Made by a program: the position numbers and the translations under genes
The notes under the pieces: model-generated
Seen by the model: only the letters and a program-made list of their open reading frames with translations
Database searches by the model: none
What the model was told of the DNA's origin: nothing
Virus record (IMG/VR): IMGVR_UViG_3300006169_000021
Location: 1 to 50,075 of that record
DNA length: 50,075 bases
Source: a virus
Lineage: Duplodnaviria; Caudoviricetes
Reading direction: 5' to 3' (one strand)
Shown here: piece by piece, positions 9,074-18,591 of the stretch
How the letters are laid out: every line of letters starts with the position of its first letter
How positions within the stretch are numbered: position 1 is the first letter of the stretch

Positions 9074-10192
9074 CTACTCCGGCTCGATCACCGTGATCCG
9101 TGCCGTAGCCGTTCGGATGTGCCGGCGAGGGGTGCCTTCCTGAGTGCCGTGCATCCGGACCCAAGCGAAGTCATCCCGATCCAGAGTCATGTAGCTCATC
9201 GGACCGCGAACTACGTCACCACCGAACGTCGGATCGCCAGCGATTGCAGCGACGGCGCTCTCTGTCAGCGGACAGTTGGCGAAGTCGTAGGCAGCGATGC
9301 CATCGGACGAACGCCACAAAGTCACGTACTTCTCAGGCACGTACCGGCCGGTCGAGCGAGTGCCATCGGCATTCTCGATCTGATACGTGTTGTCCACGAT
9401 ATTGATCGTCTTGCCAAGCACCCGAGCCGCCAGTTGATGAGCCGCCTCAGAACCGGCCACGGGCAGCGAGGCGACGTTGTACACCGCCGAAAGCGCCTTC
9501 GCCTGGTCCTGATACTCGTCGGTGGCGAGGGTCGCCTGAAATACCGAGCGACTCATATCGATCTGGTCGAACGGAGCTCCACCGAGGTCTGCCGCTGCCT
9601 GATCCATCGCGATAAGATCGCTGATAGGAGTGGCAGTGGCATCCGGCGTGCCAGTGTTGTCGATCCAGTAGGTTCCAGGAGTGAGCTTCATCTCGGAAGG
9701 CATCCCGAAGTCCATCGAGGCGATGTACCCCTGATGACTCCACTGGAGATCGCCAACCGCCATCGCGGAAAGCAAAATGCCACGGGTCGTTCTGACCGAT
9801 TGCATTCTGCGTTCGATGTGGCGTCGTGCGATGTTGAGCAGCGCTTGACGATCCCGAGGAACCGCGCCACCCGAATCCCGCACCGACATGAGTAGTTCCA
9901 TGTCGGACTGGCTCATCCGGTTCGAACTCTTCAGGCGAAACGCCTTGTGCATGACCAGGTCGGTCGGCAGAGTGTTGACGTCTACCGAAGTCGCCCCAGG
10001 CGCAAGAATCTGCGCAGCCGGTGCAACGTTACGATCGATCTCCGACAGCTCCCGATGATCTGCAGGAACATCGGGAATGCGGTTGCCCCAAGGCCCTCCG
10101 TAAGGCCGCAAGCGCTCGTCGGGAATTTCCTGGATGATCCTGCGGATGTCCGCAAGCGCCAGGACGGAGAGAAGTGCAGAGAAGATTCTCAT
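9074..10192 (-). CDS. Major capsid protein (lambda gpE-like, HK97 fold)
   Basis: 372 aa, after the protease and decoration genes. MDFGMP...W...ATPISDL pattern resembles phage capsid E. Followed by a hairpin. Confidence 0.85.
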   Translation of the reverse strand: MRIFSALLSVLALADIRRIIQEIPDERLRPYGGPWGNRIPDVPADHRELSEIDRNVAPAAQILAPGATSVDVNTLPTDLVMHKAFRLKSSNRMSQSDMELLMSVRDSGGAVPRDRQALLNIARRHIERRMQSVRTTRGILLSAMAVGDLQWSHQGYIASMDFGMPSEMKLTPGTYWIDNTGTPDATATPISDLIAMDQAAADLGGAPFDQIDMSRSVFQATLATDEYQDQAKALSAVYNVASLPVAGSEAAHQLAARVLGKTINIVDNTYQIENADGTRSTGRYVPEKYVTLWRSSDGIAAYDFANCPLTESAVAAIAGDPTFGGDVVRGPMSYMTLDRDDFAWVRMHGTQEGTPRRHIRTATARITVIEPE

Positions 10193-10207
10193 GTTCTTAC
10201 GGGCTCC

Positions 10208-10942
10208 TTAGTCGCGATGCAGCCGAACGCTCGGGAATGCATCCAGGAAGTCGGCCTCGGACACCTGTCCGCTGCCACCGATGAGAAGCCGGTCGAAATA
10301 GACCACTCCCTCATCGAAAACGTCTCCGATCTGAGGAGCATCCACAGACTCGAAGTAGTGCCGATCGACGATGAAGCACTCGCCTCTCACGAGGGTGTCT
10401 TCATCGGTTGCAGGACGATAGGTGTCACCGTCCTTGGTGAGGATCGTGCCGGCGCGAAGGATCCGCTCACCGTAGGCAGCAGTGACGCCACCTGGCAAGT
10501 CCTGGTCTTCGTCCGCGGCTCCGGCCTGGCTGACTGCGACCGTGGCCGTACCAGCTCCACCGGTGAGGGATGCCGGGTTGGTCGTGACCGCACCGACGTT
10601 GGTGTGCCGAAGATCCTCGATGAACTCGATCGTATAGACCGAATCCGCCAGGGTCACGCGCACATTGCCGTTCCCGATCGTCGAAAGCCCCTCGAGAGCG
10701 GCCTCCACCGTCGCAGCGGTCGCATCGTAGGCGAGTCCTGCGGTGGTCTGCCCACCGAAGGAGATGGTGAAGGTGCCACCCGTCGCGTCGATCGTGATGG
10801 TCACGATCTCGTTCTGGCCCTCGATACGATCGATCTCGCTCCAAACGATCGTTGCAGCAACTGGCTTGTTCTTCGGCGGCTGAGCCGAAACGCGGTAGTT
10901 GCTAAGACCGCGCTGTCCAATTACGTTGTAACCGACATTCAT
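10208..10942 (-). CDS. Head decoration protein with an inserted beta-sandwich domain
   Basis: ILRAGTILTK..YRP decoration motif. Internal NEIVTITIDATGGTFTISFGGQTTAGLAYDATAATVEAALEGL domain. Confidence 0.75.
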   Translation of the reverse strand: MNVGYNVIGQRGLSNYRVSAQPPKNKPVAATIVWSEIDRIEGQNEIVTITIDATGGTFTISFGGQTTAGLAYDATAATVEAALEGLSTIGNGNVRVTLADSVYTIEFIEDLRHTNVGAVTTNPASLTGGAGTATVAVSQAGAADEDQDLPGGVTAAYGERILRAGTILTKDGDTYRPATDEDTLVRGECFIVDRHYFESVDAPQIGDVFDEGVVYFDRLLIGGSGQVSEADFLDAFPSVRLHRD

Positions 10943-10945
10943 GGC

Positions 10946-12232
10946 TTACTTGCCTCCCTTGTCCGGGCTGCCCGTGGCCGCCCAGTCCGAGTCGCTGAAG
11001 ATCGAGGCACGAGCCTCTTCGACCTCAGAATGAGAGTCGATCCGAGGAGCGCCGAAGTGGAACAGAGCCGGAGCGGCTTCATACTTCGCCTTCATGGCGG
11101 CGATGAAGCTCTCGGCGTGCTTGTCGTCGAACTTGTTATGCTCGTCGGCAATCGAGGCGGCGATGTACTCCTTGATGAAGCCATCGCGCTGCGCCGGAAC
11201 GACCTTGCCAGCGTTTAGCATCGCGCCGTAGAGCGTCAGAGCGTTGTTCATGCGCGTCTGATGGGCGAACTGCGCACTCTGAGTGGCCGTCTGCCTTTCC
11301 AGCTCGGCGATCCGCGCGACAAGCGCGGGATCACCCTGGAACTCCTGCGAGGGAGTCGGCGTGGTTTCCGGCGTGGGTGTCAATGCCGCGGTGATGTCGG
11401 CTTCCGTAAGTCCTTCCCGCTGATCGGGAGGGAGCTTCGTGAAGATGCCAACCAACCGCGTGATAACGGAAGGATTCTTACTCATGTCTTTCCTCTGGTT
11501 GTCTGTGGCCTGCTGGCCCTGTCGAATCCGCTCTGCGATCTCGGGATGAGACTGAGCGAATAACTCAAAACTGGGGAGCGTGCAGAACACGGCGGCGTCA
11601 GCCACACGCGGGTGCCGCACGAAGGAAACTTCTTCAAGGCGCTGCAGCGTCTCATCGAGTCCGACCGAAACGGACTTGATCATCTCGCGCGCTGCCGAGG
11701 CGAACCAGCCAGGAACCCGGATCGTGCCCCAAAGCTCCTTGCCCTGCGCCCAAAGCTTGGTGATCTTCGCGCCGTCACGCTCGAGCGCCTCATTCAGGAA
11801 GGAGGTTTCGTTGTGGTCGAGGATGACTGCCGCCGCTTCCGGATCCCGTTCGAAGTTGGCAACGATCGCCTCGACGTCCTTCTCATCCGTCTCCCGGATA
11901 GGCCGCTCAGGAAACCGTCCTGCACGCCATAGGAGCCCGGTCAGTTCCACCGTGCCGTCCGAACTCGCTCGCGAAGAGCTGAAAACGTTGAACGACACCT
12001 GATCGGCCGGCCAATACATCGTCTGGGACCGAACCTCCACCGGAGTGCCGATCGAGACCGTGCCGGAAGCATCCACCGTGTACGGAGCTTCGAAGTACTT
12101 GCCTGAATCGCCGTAGATGACTGTCTGGCCAATCGGCTTGATGTCGATGATCCACGAATACACCGCATCCGCAGAAAGCACGCGCTGCAAAGCGCTCCAC
12201 AGGTTGCCTGTGGTCCAAGTCTTGGGTTTCAT
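10946..12232 (-). CDS. Capsid maturation protease/scaffold (Mu gpI-like)
   Basis: VILDH and KSVSV...EVSFVRHPRV protease-type motifs, followed by a helical scaffold-like C-terminus. Confidence 0.75.
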   Translation of the reverse strand: MKPKTWTTGNLWSALQRVLSADAVYSWIIDIKPIGQTVIYGDSGKYFEAPYTVDASGTVSIGTPVEVRSQTMYWPADQVSFNVFSSSRASSDGTVELTGLLWRAGRFPERPIRETDEKDVEAIVANFERDPEAAAVILDHNETSFLNEALERDGAKITKLWAQGKELWGTIRVPGWFASAAREMIKSVSVGLDETLQRLEEVSFVRHPRVADAAVFCTLPSFELFAQSHPEIAERIRQGQQATDNQRKDMSKNPSVITRLVGIFTKLPPDQREGLTEADITAALTPTPETTPTPSQEFQGDPALVARIAELERQTATQSAQFAHQTRMNNALTLYGAMLNAGKVVPAQRDGFIKEYIAASIADEHNKFDDKHAESFIAAMKAKYEAAPALFHFGAPRIDSHSEVEEARASIFSDSDWAATGSPDKGGK

Positions 12233-12250
12233 AAGCGTTCCGAAAGCGGC

Positions 12251-14266
12251 CTATTCGTCGTAATCGTCTAGGCCAACGAATCCAGGTGCGACCGCACCAT
12301 CATCTCGAACAAGGCGGCACTTGCAGTTGAGGCGACACATCGTGTCCCCCTCCCGCGGCCGCGTGAAAAGCTCATCCTTTTGCCAAGGCGACATCGAAGC
12401 CAGCCGGGGGCAGTCCTCACAGTGCTCAGCCGCGCCAAGCTGCCATGTAAACGTCGCTTCTTCCGGCGAGGCCTCGTGGAAGGCAGCGCTCATCGTGCCG
12501 CTCATCCTTCCGGCGTATCGGCGTGCTGCAAGACGGGTCTGTGCCGGCGTCCTGAGCCCCTGTTCCACTTCCTCGACAAGCGTCCGGAGGTGATCCCCCT
12601 CGATCGAAAGCGTCGATGCCACGTATTCACGAACTGCGGCAGGAAGTGCCGCACCTGTGCGACCAGCGAGCGCCGATCCGAGCCGCGCCGCTTCCTCATG
12701 GCCGTTGGCCAGCAGCTCACCAAATCGAAGCTCGAACGCCTCATCATCGATCCGGCCATCTAGCCACCTTGACACCGTCTTTCGCAGCGACTTGTCGTAC
12801 CGGCTGATGATCCGTCGCGCACGTCGATCTGCTACCGCTGACTTCGCCTTACTGGCTCTCGTGACCTTGTCTTCTGCAAATCGCCACGCAGCGCCACGTC
12901 GGGCAACCACTTCGGCAAACCGACTCTCAAACTGTTCCGAGCGCTCTTCCTCTTCCTGCTCGGTCTGGGGCATCTCCTCCGCCTCGGTTTCCATCCCCTG
13001 GATCGCCTTCACCACCGCACGCCGGACGTTCTCAGGCACGCCGATCAGAGTCAGCAGGTAATCCGCCAGCTCAGGCACCAGCATCCCCGCATTGTCGAAC
13101 GCCGCCAGGATCTGAGATACCGCAGCGATTTCGGATCGCTCTTCAGTGGTGATGTCGTAAATCGGGCACAAGTCTCGTGCCGGTTCGCCGAAGTTGGCCA
13201 CGATCACCGGCATGAAGATCTGAGAGCGCACAGCCTCGCACAACTCACCGCGCAGCCAGTCGCGGATCGAGGCGACCATCCCTTCCGCAGTCTCAGAGTC
13301 CGCCTTGGAGCCGAATTCCGCCTCCATCAGCGACCGTGACGCAACGAAGAAGCTCGTCACCATCTCCCGATCGCAGCGGTTGTATGTCGAATCGAACGCA
13401 CCGAAGTTCTGAGCCGGAGGAAACGACTCCAAAGTCCATCCGGGAGGCAGCGCCGCGGTTCTTCCTGTCCTGAGCTTCGCGACCTCGTTGGCAATGAGTT
13501 GAGTAGCGTTCTGAGTCGTCGTCTTGCCCGTGGCATCGACCACGTTCACAGTCGACGCGACATCCTTCTCACCTTCCGCCCAGACCACACCACCGGCAAA
13601 GATCGCAAGCGCCTTCGTCTCATTCGGCTTCGCGCATCCTTTCCGGTACCAAGCCTCATAAGCACGCTCCAGGGCAGGAGTGCCAACCGGCGAATCATCG
13701 CGGCCACCGAGCGAGAAGATGAAGACCGAGCTCGGATTGAGGACGTCCCCTTCCTTCACTCCGGCGCCACGCGGAACGACCGCAACCAGCCGGTTTGCCT
13801 TGTCGAGCCTCAGCTCATAAGCGCCACGAGGCTTGGGGGCCACATCGACCACCACGATCCTGCCCTCATCGTCGAGCCCATGCTCGATCTCGGAGAGCTT
13901 GTGGCCATAGGGCAGCGCCTCCATGGCATACAGGAGCGAACGCCGCAAAGGTCTTCGCAAACGCTTCACGAATCCCTCGACAAACACCGCGTACTCATCG
14001 GCCAACGCCTTGAGCGCCAGCGCCTCCGGATCAGCGTCGTCCTCATCCGGATCGCCAATGGCAGGAAGAATCTGATGCTCACCCTCGAGAACCAAGGCGC
14101 AGATGACCTGATAAGCCAGTCCGAGGTACGGATCACGCATCATCCGACGCATCAGCGCCTCCTGGCCGAACATGCCGGCAGCCTGAAGGAATTCAGGAGG
14201 CATGATCAGCGCACCTTCACCCGAAGGGATCCGCTGCTCACCAGGCGTAATCGTGATCTCAGACAT
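12251..14266 (-). CDS. Portal protein (DUF935/Mu gp29-like) fused to a MuF-like minor head domain
   Basis: ALPYGHKLSEI and PVGTPALERAYEAW portal motifs, an acidic linker, then C-terminal EHCEDC...CRLNCKCRL typical of MuF/gp7. Confidence 0.85.
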   Translation of the reverse strand: MSEITITPGEQRIPSGEGALIMPPEFLQAAGMFGQEALMRRMMRDPYLGLAYQVICALVLEGEHQILPAIGDPDEDDADPEALALKALADEYAVFVEGFVKRLRRPLRRSLLYAMEALPYGHKLSEIEHGLDDEGRIVVVDVAPKPRGAYELRLDKANRLVAVVPRGAGVKEGDVLNPSSVFIFSLGGRDDSPVGTPALERAYEAWYRKGCAKPNETKALAIFAGGVVWAEGEKDVASTVNVVDATGKTTTQNATQLIANEVAKLRTGRTAALPPGWTLESFPPAQNFGAFDSTYNRCDREMVTSFFVASRSLMEAEFGSKADSETAEGMVASIRDWLRGELCEAVRSQIFMPVIVANFGEPARDLCPIYDITTEERSEIAAVSQILAAFDNAGMLVPELADYLLTLIGVPENVRRAVVKAIQGMETEAEEMPQTEQEEEERSEQFESRFAEVVARRGAAWRFAEDKVTRASKAKSAVADRRARRIISRYDKSLRKTVSRWLDGRIDDEAFELRFGELLANGHEEAARLGSALAGRTGAALPAAVREYVASTLSIEGDHLRTLVEEVEQGLRTPAQTRLAARRYAGRMSGTMSAAFHEASPEEATFTWQLGAAEHCEDCPRLASMSPWQKDELFTRPREGDTMCRLNCKCRLVRDDGAVAPGFVGLDDYDE

Positions 14267-15990
14267 TAGAACGGTGCCTCAAAGCTGTTGAATTCGTCGC
14301 GAAGAGGCTCATAGTGCGTGTGATCCAGGTTCACCGTCGCCTCAGTGGCCTCGTGATGGACATACAGGTCGCCAAAGATGTGTTCAGGAGCGATTGCCAA
14401 GACCAAACCGTCTCCATCGTCCGGTGAGCGGCCCTGATCCTTGCGAAACTTCTCCTTCTCCTGGAGCTTTCGAAGTGAGCGGCCATGCCGGTTCACCCAG
14501 TCGTATTTCCGGTCCGTGAGGTCCGTCTCCAGTTCAGCCGGAACGTGCTCCAGCCGAATCCCCTTCAACGTCTCCGCGGCTTCCGCGTACATTTCGGTAA
14601 CGATGTCGTCGTACGACTCACTGTCGTAGGCTGAAGCGCCAAAGTGCACCTCATGCACCCGCACTTCCTGGAATAGCCGCCGCAGCGACACATCCGACTT
14701 CAGCATGTCGATAAGACCTGAACCGAAGCCACCGGTACCGTCCACCCGCACCGAGAGCCGAATGGCGCCATCGTTCCGGGCATCGCTGGCCGCTTTCACC
14801 ACCTGATCGAAGTAGGTTTGCGTGTCACCGTTGATGATCTGCGCATTCCGCTTCGCCACATTTCGATGCCGACAGTAGATCGTGCCCGAGTCCGACCCAA
14901 ACCGAGCCACGTCGACGCCGATCGTCACCCATTCCGAATCAGACCGATCCGGTTCACGCTTGAGTGCGCCTTCATACCGACCAGGTGAGACAAACACCCG
15001 GTCAGCAAGATTCGCCGGCGCAATTCCAAGAACGCGAAAGCAGAACTCCGGATCAGGCCGCCAGATCGTTCCAGCCGGCATCTCGCGGCCATCCTTCTCA
15101 ACCGGATATTCGACTGTAAAGGTGTGCGTGTCCTCGTCATGGACGTGCACGGCATCGCAGTGCTTGGCGATCATCTCGATCACCCAATCCCGCTTAGTCG
15201 CTCCGGGAACGACGTTTCGGTTGTAGACGACGTTTGGATGGTCGAGAACCGAGAGACGGTAGTTCTGGACTCCAGACTGCTTGCCGAGCTTGTGAAACTC
15301 CGAGCTCCGTGTCTTCGGGTTCGCAAGGAGCAACAGGATGACCACCAGGCCACCCGTCATCATCGCGTTGACCGCGTCGAAGAAGAACTTCGGAACGCCT
15401 TCCGCCTCGTCGAGCACGAACAGCATGTATTGGCCATGCTGTCCTTGAGCCCTCTCTGTGCCCTTGTTGTGGCTGTCCGACGTCGTACGGCCGATGGCGA
15501 ACCAATCGTCCGCCATGATCATCTTCGACTCGTCAGGCAGAACCCTGCCGGGCAATCCCTTGCCTTTCCGAAGCGACTTGATGTCCTTCCACAGAAGGAG
15601 CTTCACCTGGTCGCTCGTCGGCGCTGTGGTCAGCGTGATCGACGGCCCGAACGAATCAAAGAACCAGTTGGCAATGCACGCCGCACCGAAGGTCTTGCCG
15701 ACGCCGTGGCCAGCCTCGACCCTGAAAATCTTGATCGCCTGTTCACCGGCGAGTTGTTTCCGAACCGATTCGCCAATGTCCTGGAAGAGTTCCAGTTGCC
15801 CCTTCGCGTTGACGCCGGCCCATGGCTGAACCCCAAGGATCTCTCGCGAGTAGCTAACCGGATCCGTCTGGTACTTCTCGAACCGCTTCGCTGTCGGCTT
15901 CTCCTGGCTGCCCTTGCGCCGGATGAGTTCCTCCAACAATGCTCGCTGCTTGGGCGATAAGGTCTTCGTCGGAGAGTTTGCGCAGATCAT
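14266..15990 (-). CDS. terL: Terminase large subunit
   Basis: Walker A AGHGVGKT, Walker B FVLDEAEG, nuclease motifs IGVDVARFGSD and RSPDDGD. Confidence 0.95.
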   Translation of the reverse strand: MICANSPTKTLSPKQRALLEELIRRKGSQEKPTAKRFEKYQTDPVSYSREILGVQPWAGVNAKGQLELFQDIGESVRKQLAGEQAIKIFRVEAGHGVGKTFGAACIANWFFDSFGPSITLTTAPTSDQVKLLLWKDIKSLRKGKGLPGRVLPDESKMIMADDWFAIGRTTSDSHNKGTERAQGQHGQYMLFVLDEAEGVPKFFFDAVNAMMTGGLVVILLLLANPKTRSSEFHKLGKQSGVQNYRLSVLDHPNVVYNRNVVPGATKRDWVIEMIAKHCDAVHVHDEDTHTFTVEYPVEKDGREMPAGTIWRPDPEFCFRVLGIAPANLADRVFVSPGRYEGALKREPDRSDSEWVTIGVDVARFGSDSGTIYCRHRNVAKRNAQIINGDTQTYFDQVVKAASDARNDGAIRLSVRVDGTGGFGSGLIDMLKSDVSLRRLFQEVRVHEVHFGASAYDSESYDDIVTEMYAEAAETLKGIRLEHVPAELETDLTDRKYDWVNRHGRSLRKLQEKEKFRKDQGRSPDDGDGLVLAIAPEHIFGDLYVHHEATEATVNLDHTHYEPLRDEFNSFEAPF

Positions 15991-16447
15991 GCTCGATCAG
16001 GTGCTTGTTCGTATAACTGCCGCCTGCCTCCTTCGCGGCCTGCTCTCGAAGTTCGTTGATCTTCTCCGTCAGTTGCATGATCAGGGGCACGTTTCGCCTC
16101 TGAACCTTCTCATCCGTCAGCCTGAGCCTCTCACCCTCGAGAACCGCGATGTCCTGTTGAATCCCGCGCAGCCGGATCGCCCGGTGAGCGATGTCGATCG
16201 CCTCCGTATCCTCTCGAAACTCCTTGAAGACCCGATCGTACAGTTCGACTAGCGCCGGATCGAGCTTCTCACGCCGAACAGGGTCGGAAGCGTCGTACCA
16301 GTGCGCCAGTTGCCGACTCAGCTTCCGCTTGAATTCCTGGTGGAAGTCCTCACAGATGCGGGGGATGGAGTCCCCAAGAGCACGTCTGCGAACGATGAAC
16401 TCACGCTGCACCGGGTCAAGATCGCGTGCTCCGGTCGAACGTGACAT
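15854..16447 (-). CDS. terS: Terminase small subunit (DUF2280-like)
   Basis: N-terminal HTH (FIVRRRALGDS), IDIAHRAIRLR and EQAAKEAGGSYTNK motifs. Directly upstream of terL. Confidence 0.85.
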   Translation of the reverse strand: MSRSTGARDLDPVQREFIVRRRALGDSIPRICEDFHQEFKRKLSRQLAHWYDASDPVRREKLDPALVELYDRVFKEFREDTEAIDIAHRAIRLRGIQQDIAVLEGERLRLTDEKVQRRNVPLIMQLTEKINELREQAAKEAGGSYTNKHLIEHDLRKLSDEDLIAQAASIVGGTHPAQGQPGEADSEAVREVPDGSG

Positions 16448-17080
16448 CTATGCAACCCTCAGGCACGTTCCACAGGCACCGGCAATATCTGCCCTGCCAA
16501 TCAAGGGACCGTGCGCCAGCGCCCTCCCAAGCGCTTGCAATCCAGCTTCCCAATCGCCATACCGTTCGACAACTCCGACGAACTCCTCGACGTCATGCGA
16601 ACGCATGAACCAGATCGGATTGCCATCTCGATCGAACCGCGGTTCGCCAAACTTATCCTCCGCGTGAGCGCAATGGTACAGCTCGTGCTCCACAAGAGCG
16701 CAAAGCGACACATCTGAGCACCGATGGCAGAACTGCGCATCCAGCGTGATCAAGAAGTCCGGCACGCAGCCGAACCATTCCCTAAGCTGCTGCTCTTGTC
16801 GGCCCCGCGGCCACGGCTTGCCGGTCGGACGGCCGAGTTGCGCGGTCCCCAGGATCTGCTTGTCCTGAGTCTTGTTCGGGCACCCTGCCCACAGGAACCG
16901 CACCACCGCTTCCTGAAGATGAGCGTGGTCTAAATTGAAAAGAGGGCTCTCGGCCTCGAGAAACGTCTGGCTCACCCATTCCGGCAGGTCCGTCGCCGGT
17001 TCGAACCTCGACTCCTCCGTATCCTCGAGCACCCAAGCGCTCGGCCTCGGCCTCTTTCCTGAGATACCTTTCGACCGCAC
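16448..17080 (-). CDS. Putative phage metallopeptidase
   Basis: ALVEHELYHC zinc motif, PDFLITLDA and HDVEEFVGVVERYG. This family is usually found upstream of terS. Confidence 0.85.
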   Translation of the reverse strand: MRSKGISGKRPRPSAWVLEDTEESRFEPATDLPEWVSQTFLEAESPLFNLDHAHLQEAVVRFLWAGCPNKTQDKQILGTAQLGRPTGKPWPRGRQEQQLREWFGCVPDFLITLDAQFCHRCSDVSLCALVEHELYHCAHAEDKFGEPRFDRDGNPIWFMRSHDVEEFVGVVERYGDWEAGLQALGRALAHGPLIGRADIAGACGTCLRVA

Positions 17081-17154
17081 CGTACTCCCTTGCCGCTTCC
17101 CGTTGGCGTCTCATGCGAAATGCACGCATCTGACGCCGTGTGTACAGCTTCGTC

Positions 17155-17520
17155 TTAGCCACGAATCTCGATCCCAACAATGGGAGTGATCCGTGCCTTC
17201 TGGCCGGCTTCGATCTTTCCTGCCAAGCCAATCAGCAGCCGAGCGTTATCGGCGACCTGAACGGGCATCACGAGCGCGGCGCCGAAATTCGGTTGATTGC
17301 TCGAAAGACTGAGCCCAAGCACGGGGAACCACACCTCGGCATCTCGACGAGTGCCGACGAAGTTGCGCAGCGAGGCGACCTGAGTGCCGATCACCGGGCT
17401 GAACGCGCCACCGTCGTAGACCACCGAATACCGGAACTGCACCGGCAACGGAGGCGGAGTCTGCGACTGGGCAACAGCGAGACAAGGCAGCAACGCTGCC
17501 GCAATTAGAAGTTTCTTCAT
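17155..17520 (-). CDS. Secreted beta-rich protein (possible lysis accessory or outer-membrane protein)
   Basis: Signal peptide MKKLLIAAALLPCLAVA-Q, alternating beta strands, C-terminal VGIEIRG. Confidence 0.6.
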   Translation of the reverse strand: MKKLLIAAALLPCLAVAQSQTPPPLPVQFRYSVVYDGGAFSPVIGTQVASLRNFVGTRRDAEVWFPVLGLSLSSNQPNFGAALVMPVQVADNARLLIGLAGKIEAGQKARITPIVGIEIRG

Positions 17521-17568
17521 AAGAGAGACCAAGCGAGACCATCAGGTCTCGCGCATCTAAAGGTTCAG

Positions 17569-17641
17569 TTGCGGAGGCGGGACTCGAACCCGCCGCTGCG
17601 CGGCTTATGAGACCGGCTTGCCCACCTGGGCACTCCCCGCA
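17569..17641 (-). tRNA. Degenerate tRNA with CAT anticodon (Met/fMet-like), no encoded CCA
   Basis: Acceptor stem TGCGGGG/CTCCGCA, mini D-arm GCCC-AGGT-GGGC, anticodon loop CTCATAA, T-arm GCGGG-TTCGAGT-CCCGC. Confidence 0.75.
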
Positions 17642-17747
17642 ATTTAGGTGCCAGATTCCGCTCTTCACGGTCCCTCTACGCGCATCTGGCAGCACGGAGC
17701 CGAGCCCATCCGGCATTCAACGGGCAGGGTATTCGTTAGAATGGGCC

Positions 17748-17945
17748 ATGACATCTGATGACCCAAGGCTTCAAGTCGATCGCTACCTTATCCGTCGCTC
17801 CGACGGGATGCTAGGCCGGATCGTTTCCAAGGGCGGCTCGAACGAAGGCGGAGCGTGGGACATCAAGATGGAGGATGGCTCTCTCATTCTGTTTGCAAGC
17901 GTCAACCAGCTATGGCTTGAATTCCGTCCACCGGACACAGACTAG
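17748..17945 (+). CDS. Moron: small SH3-like hypothetical protein (65 aa)
   Basis: ATG 5 nt after TAGAAT (17737-17742), so probably leaderless. Antisense to the lysis genes. Confidence 0.6.
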   Translation: MTSDDPRLQVDRYLIRRSDGMLGRIVSKGGSNEGGAWDIKMEDGSLILFASVNQLWLEFRPPDTD

Positions 17946-18193
17946 CGCTTCGCGTCCTCGGTTGGAACCGGATCCTGCTTCGTGTTCGTCACCTCGACCT
18001 GCATCGGATCTCCGGACCGAGCCAGCAGAGCCAGCAAGCCCACCACGATCGAGTTGATGATGTCGAAATACCGGTCAGGAACCTGACGGTCCATGAAGTT
18101 CAGAATCCCGCCGCCTAGAATCATCACGATCAGGCACACGCCAAGAATCACGATGACCAGCTTCGCGGCATCCTGGGAAAGGAACTTGTTCAT
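17942..18193 (-). CDS. Holin-like protein (2 TM)
   Basis: Two hydrophobic helices and a charged C-terminus, in the lysis cassette. Confidence 0.65.
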   Translation of the reverse strand: MNKFLSQDAAKLVIVILGVCLIVMILGGGILNFMDRQVPDRYFDIINSIVVGLLALLARSGDPMQVEVTNTKQDPVPTEDAKR

Positions 18194-18221
18194 GCGGTTC
18201 ACAATCACCTACAAGGTGAAG

Positions 18222-18551
18222 TCAAGACTTGGAAATCGCGTCGCGGATCGTCGCCTCAAGGCGCGAAAGACCGCTGCCGATCGTCGTCTCGATCCGGGCC
18301 AAACGGTCAGTCACCGCCAGCTCAAACTTCTGTTGGCTGAAGTTCTGTGCCTCCAACTCCTTCTCGAGCTTGCGTAGGTCGTCGCGCATCGCTGCTGCGC
18401 CTTGTAGCCGGCCAAGCTCCTGCTTCATGATCTTGATGTCCGAGCTCTGCATGAAGACCTTCCAGTGAAGGCCAGCGATGAAGAGCAGACCGGTACCGAC
18501 GAGGACGAGCACAGGCCACAGGGGCACGGTCGCATCGATTGCAAAGGGCAT
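18222..18551 (-). CDS. Holin/XhlA-like protein (1 TM + coiled coil)
   Basis: N-terminal TM helix then a coiled coil. Directly after the endolysin. Confidence 0.6.
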   Translation of the reverse strand: MPFAIDATVPLWPVLVLVGTGLLFIAGLHWKVFMQSSDIKIMKQELGRLQGAAAMRDDLRKLEKELEAQNFSQQKFELAVTDRLARIETTIGSGLSRLEATIRDAISKS

Positions 18552-18591
18552 CCGTTCAATTTCCTAGTTGAAGAAGAAGCGGTAGATGTGG

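Noticed and set aside
2005-16000. Long plus-strand ORFs (e.g. 2005-3009, 9059-9895, 9947-11218, 15124-15960; also 22055-23020, 46097-47311, 47489-48559)
   Set aside because: These are antisense shadows of well-supported genes in GC-rich DNA, with no motifs or start signals.
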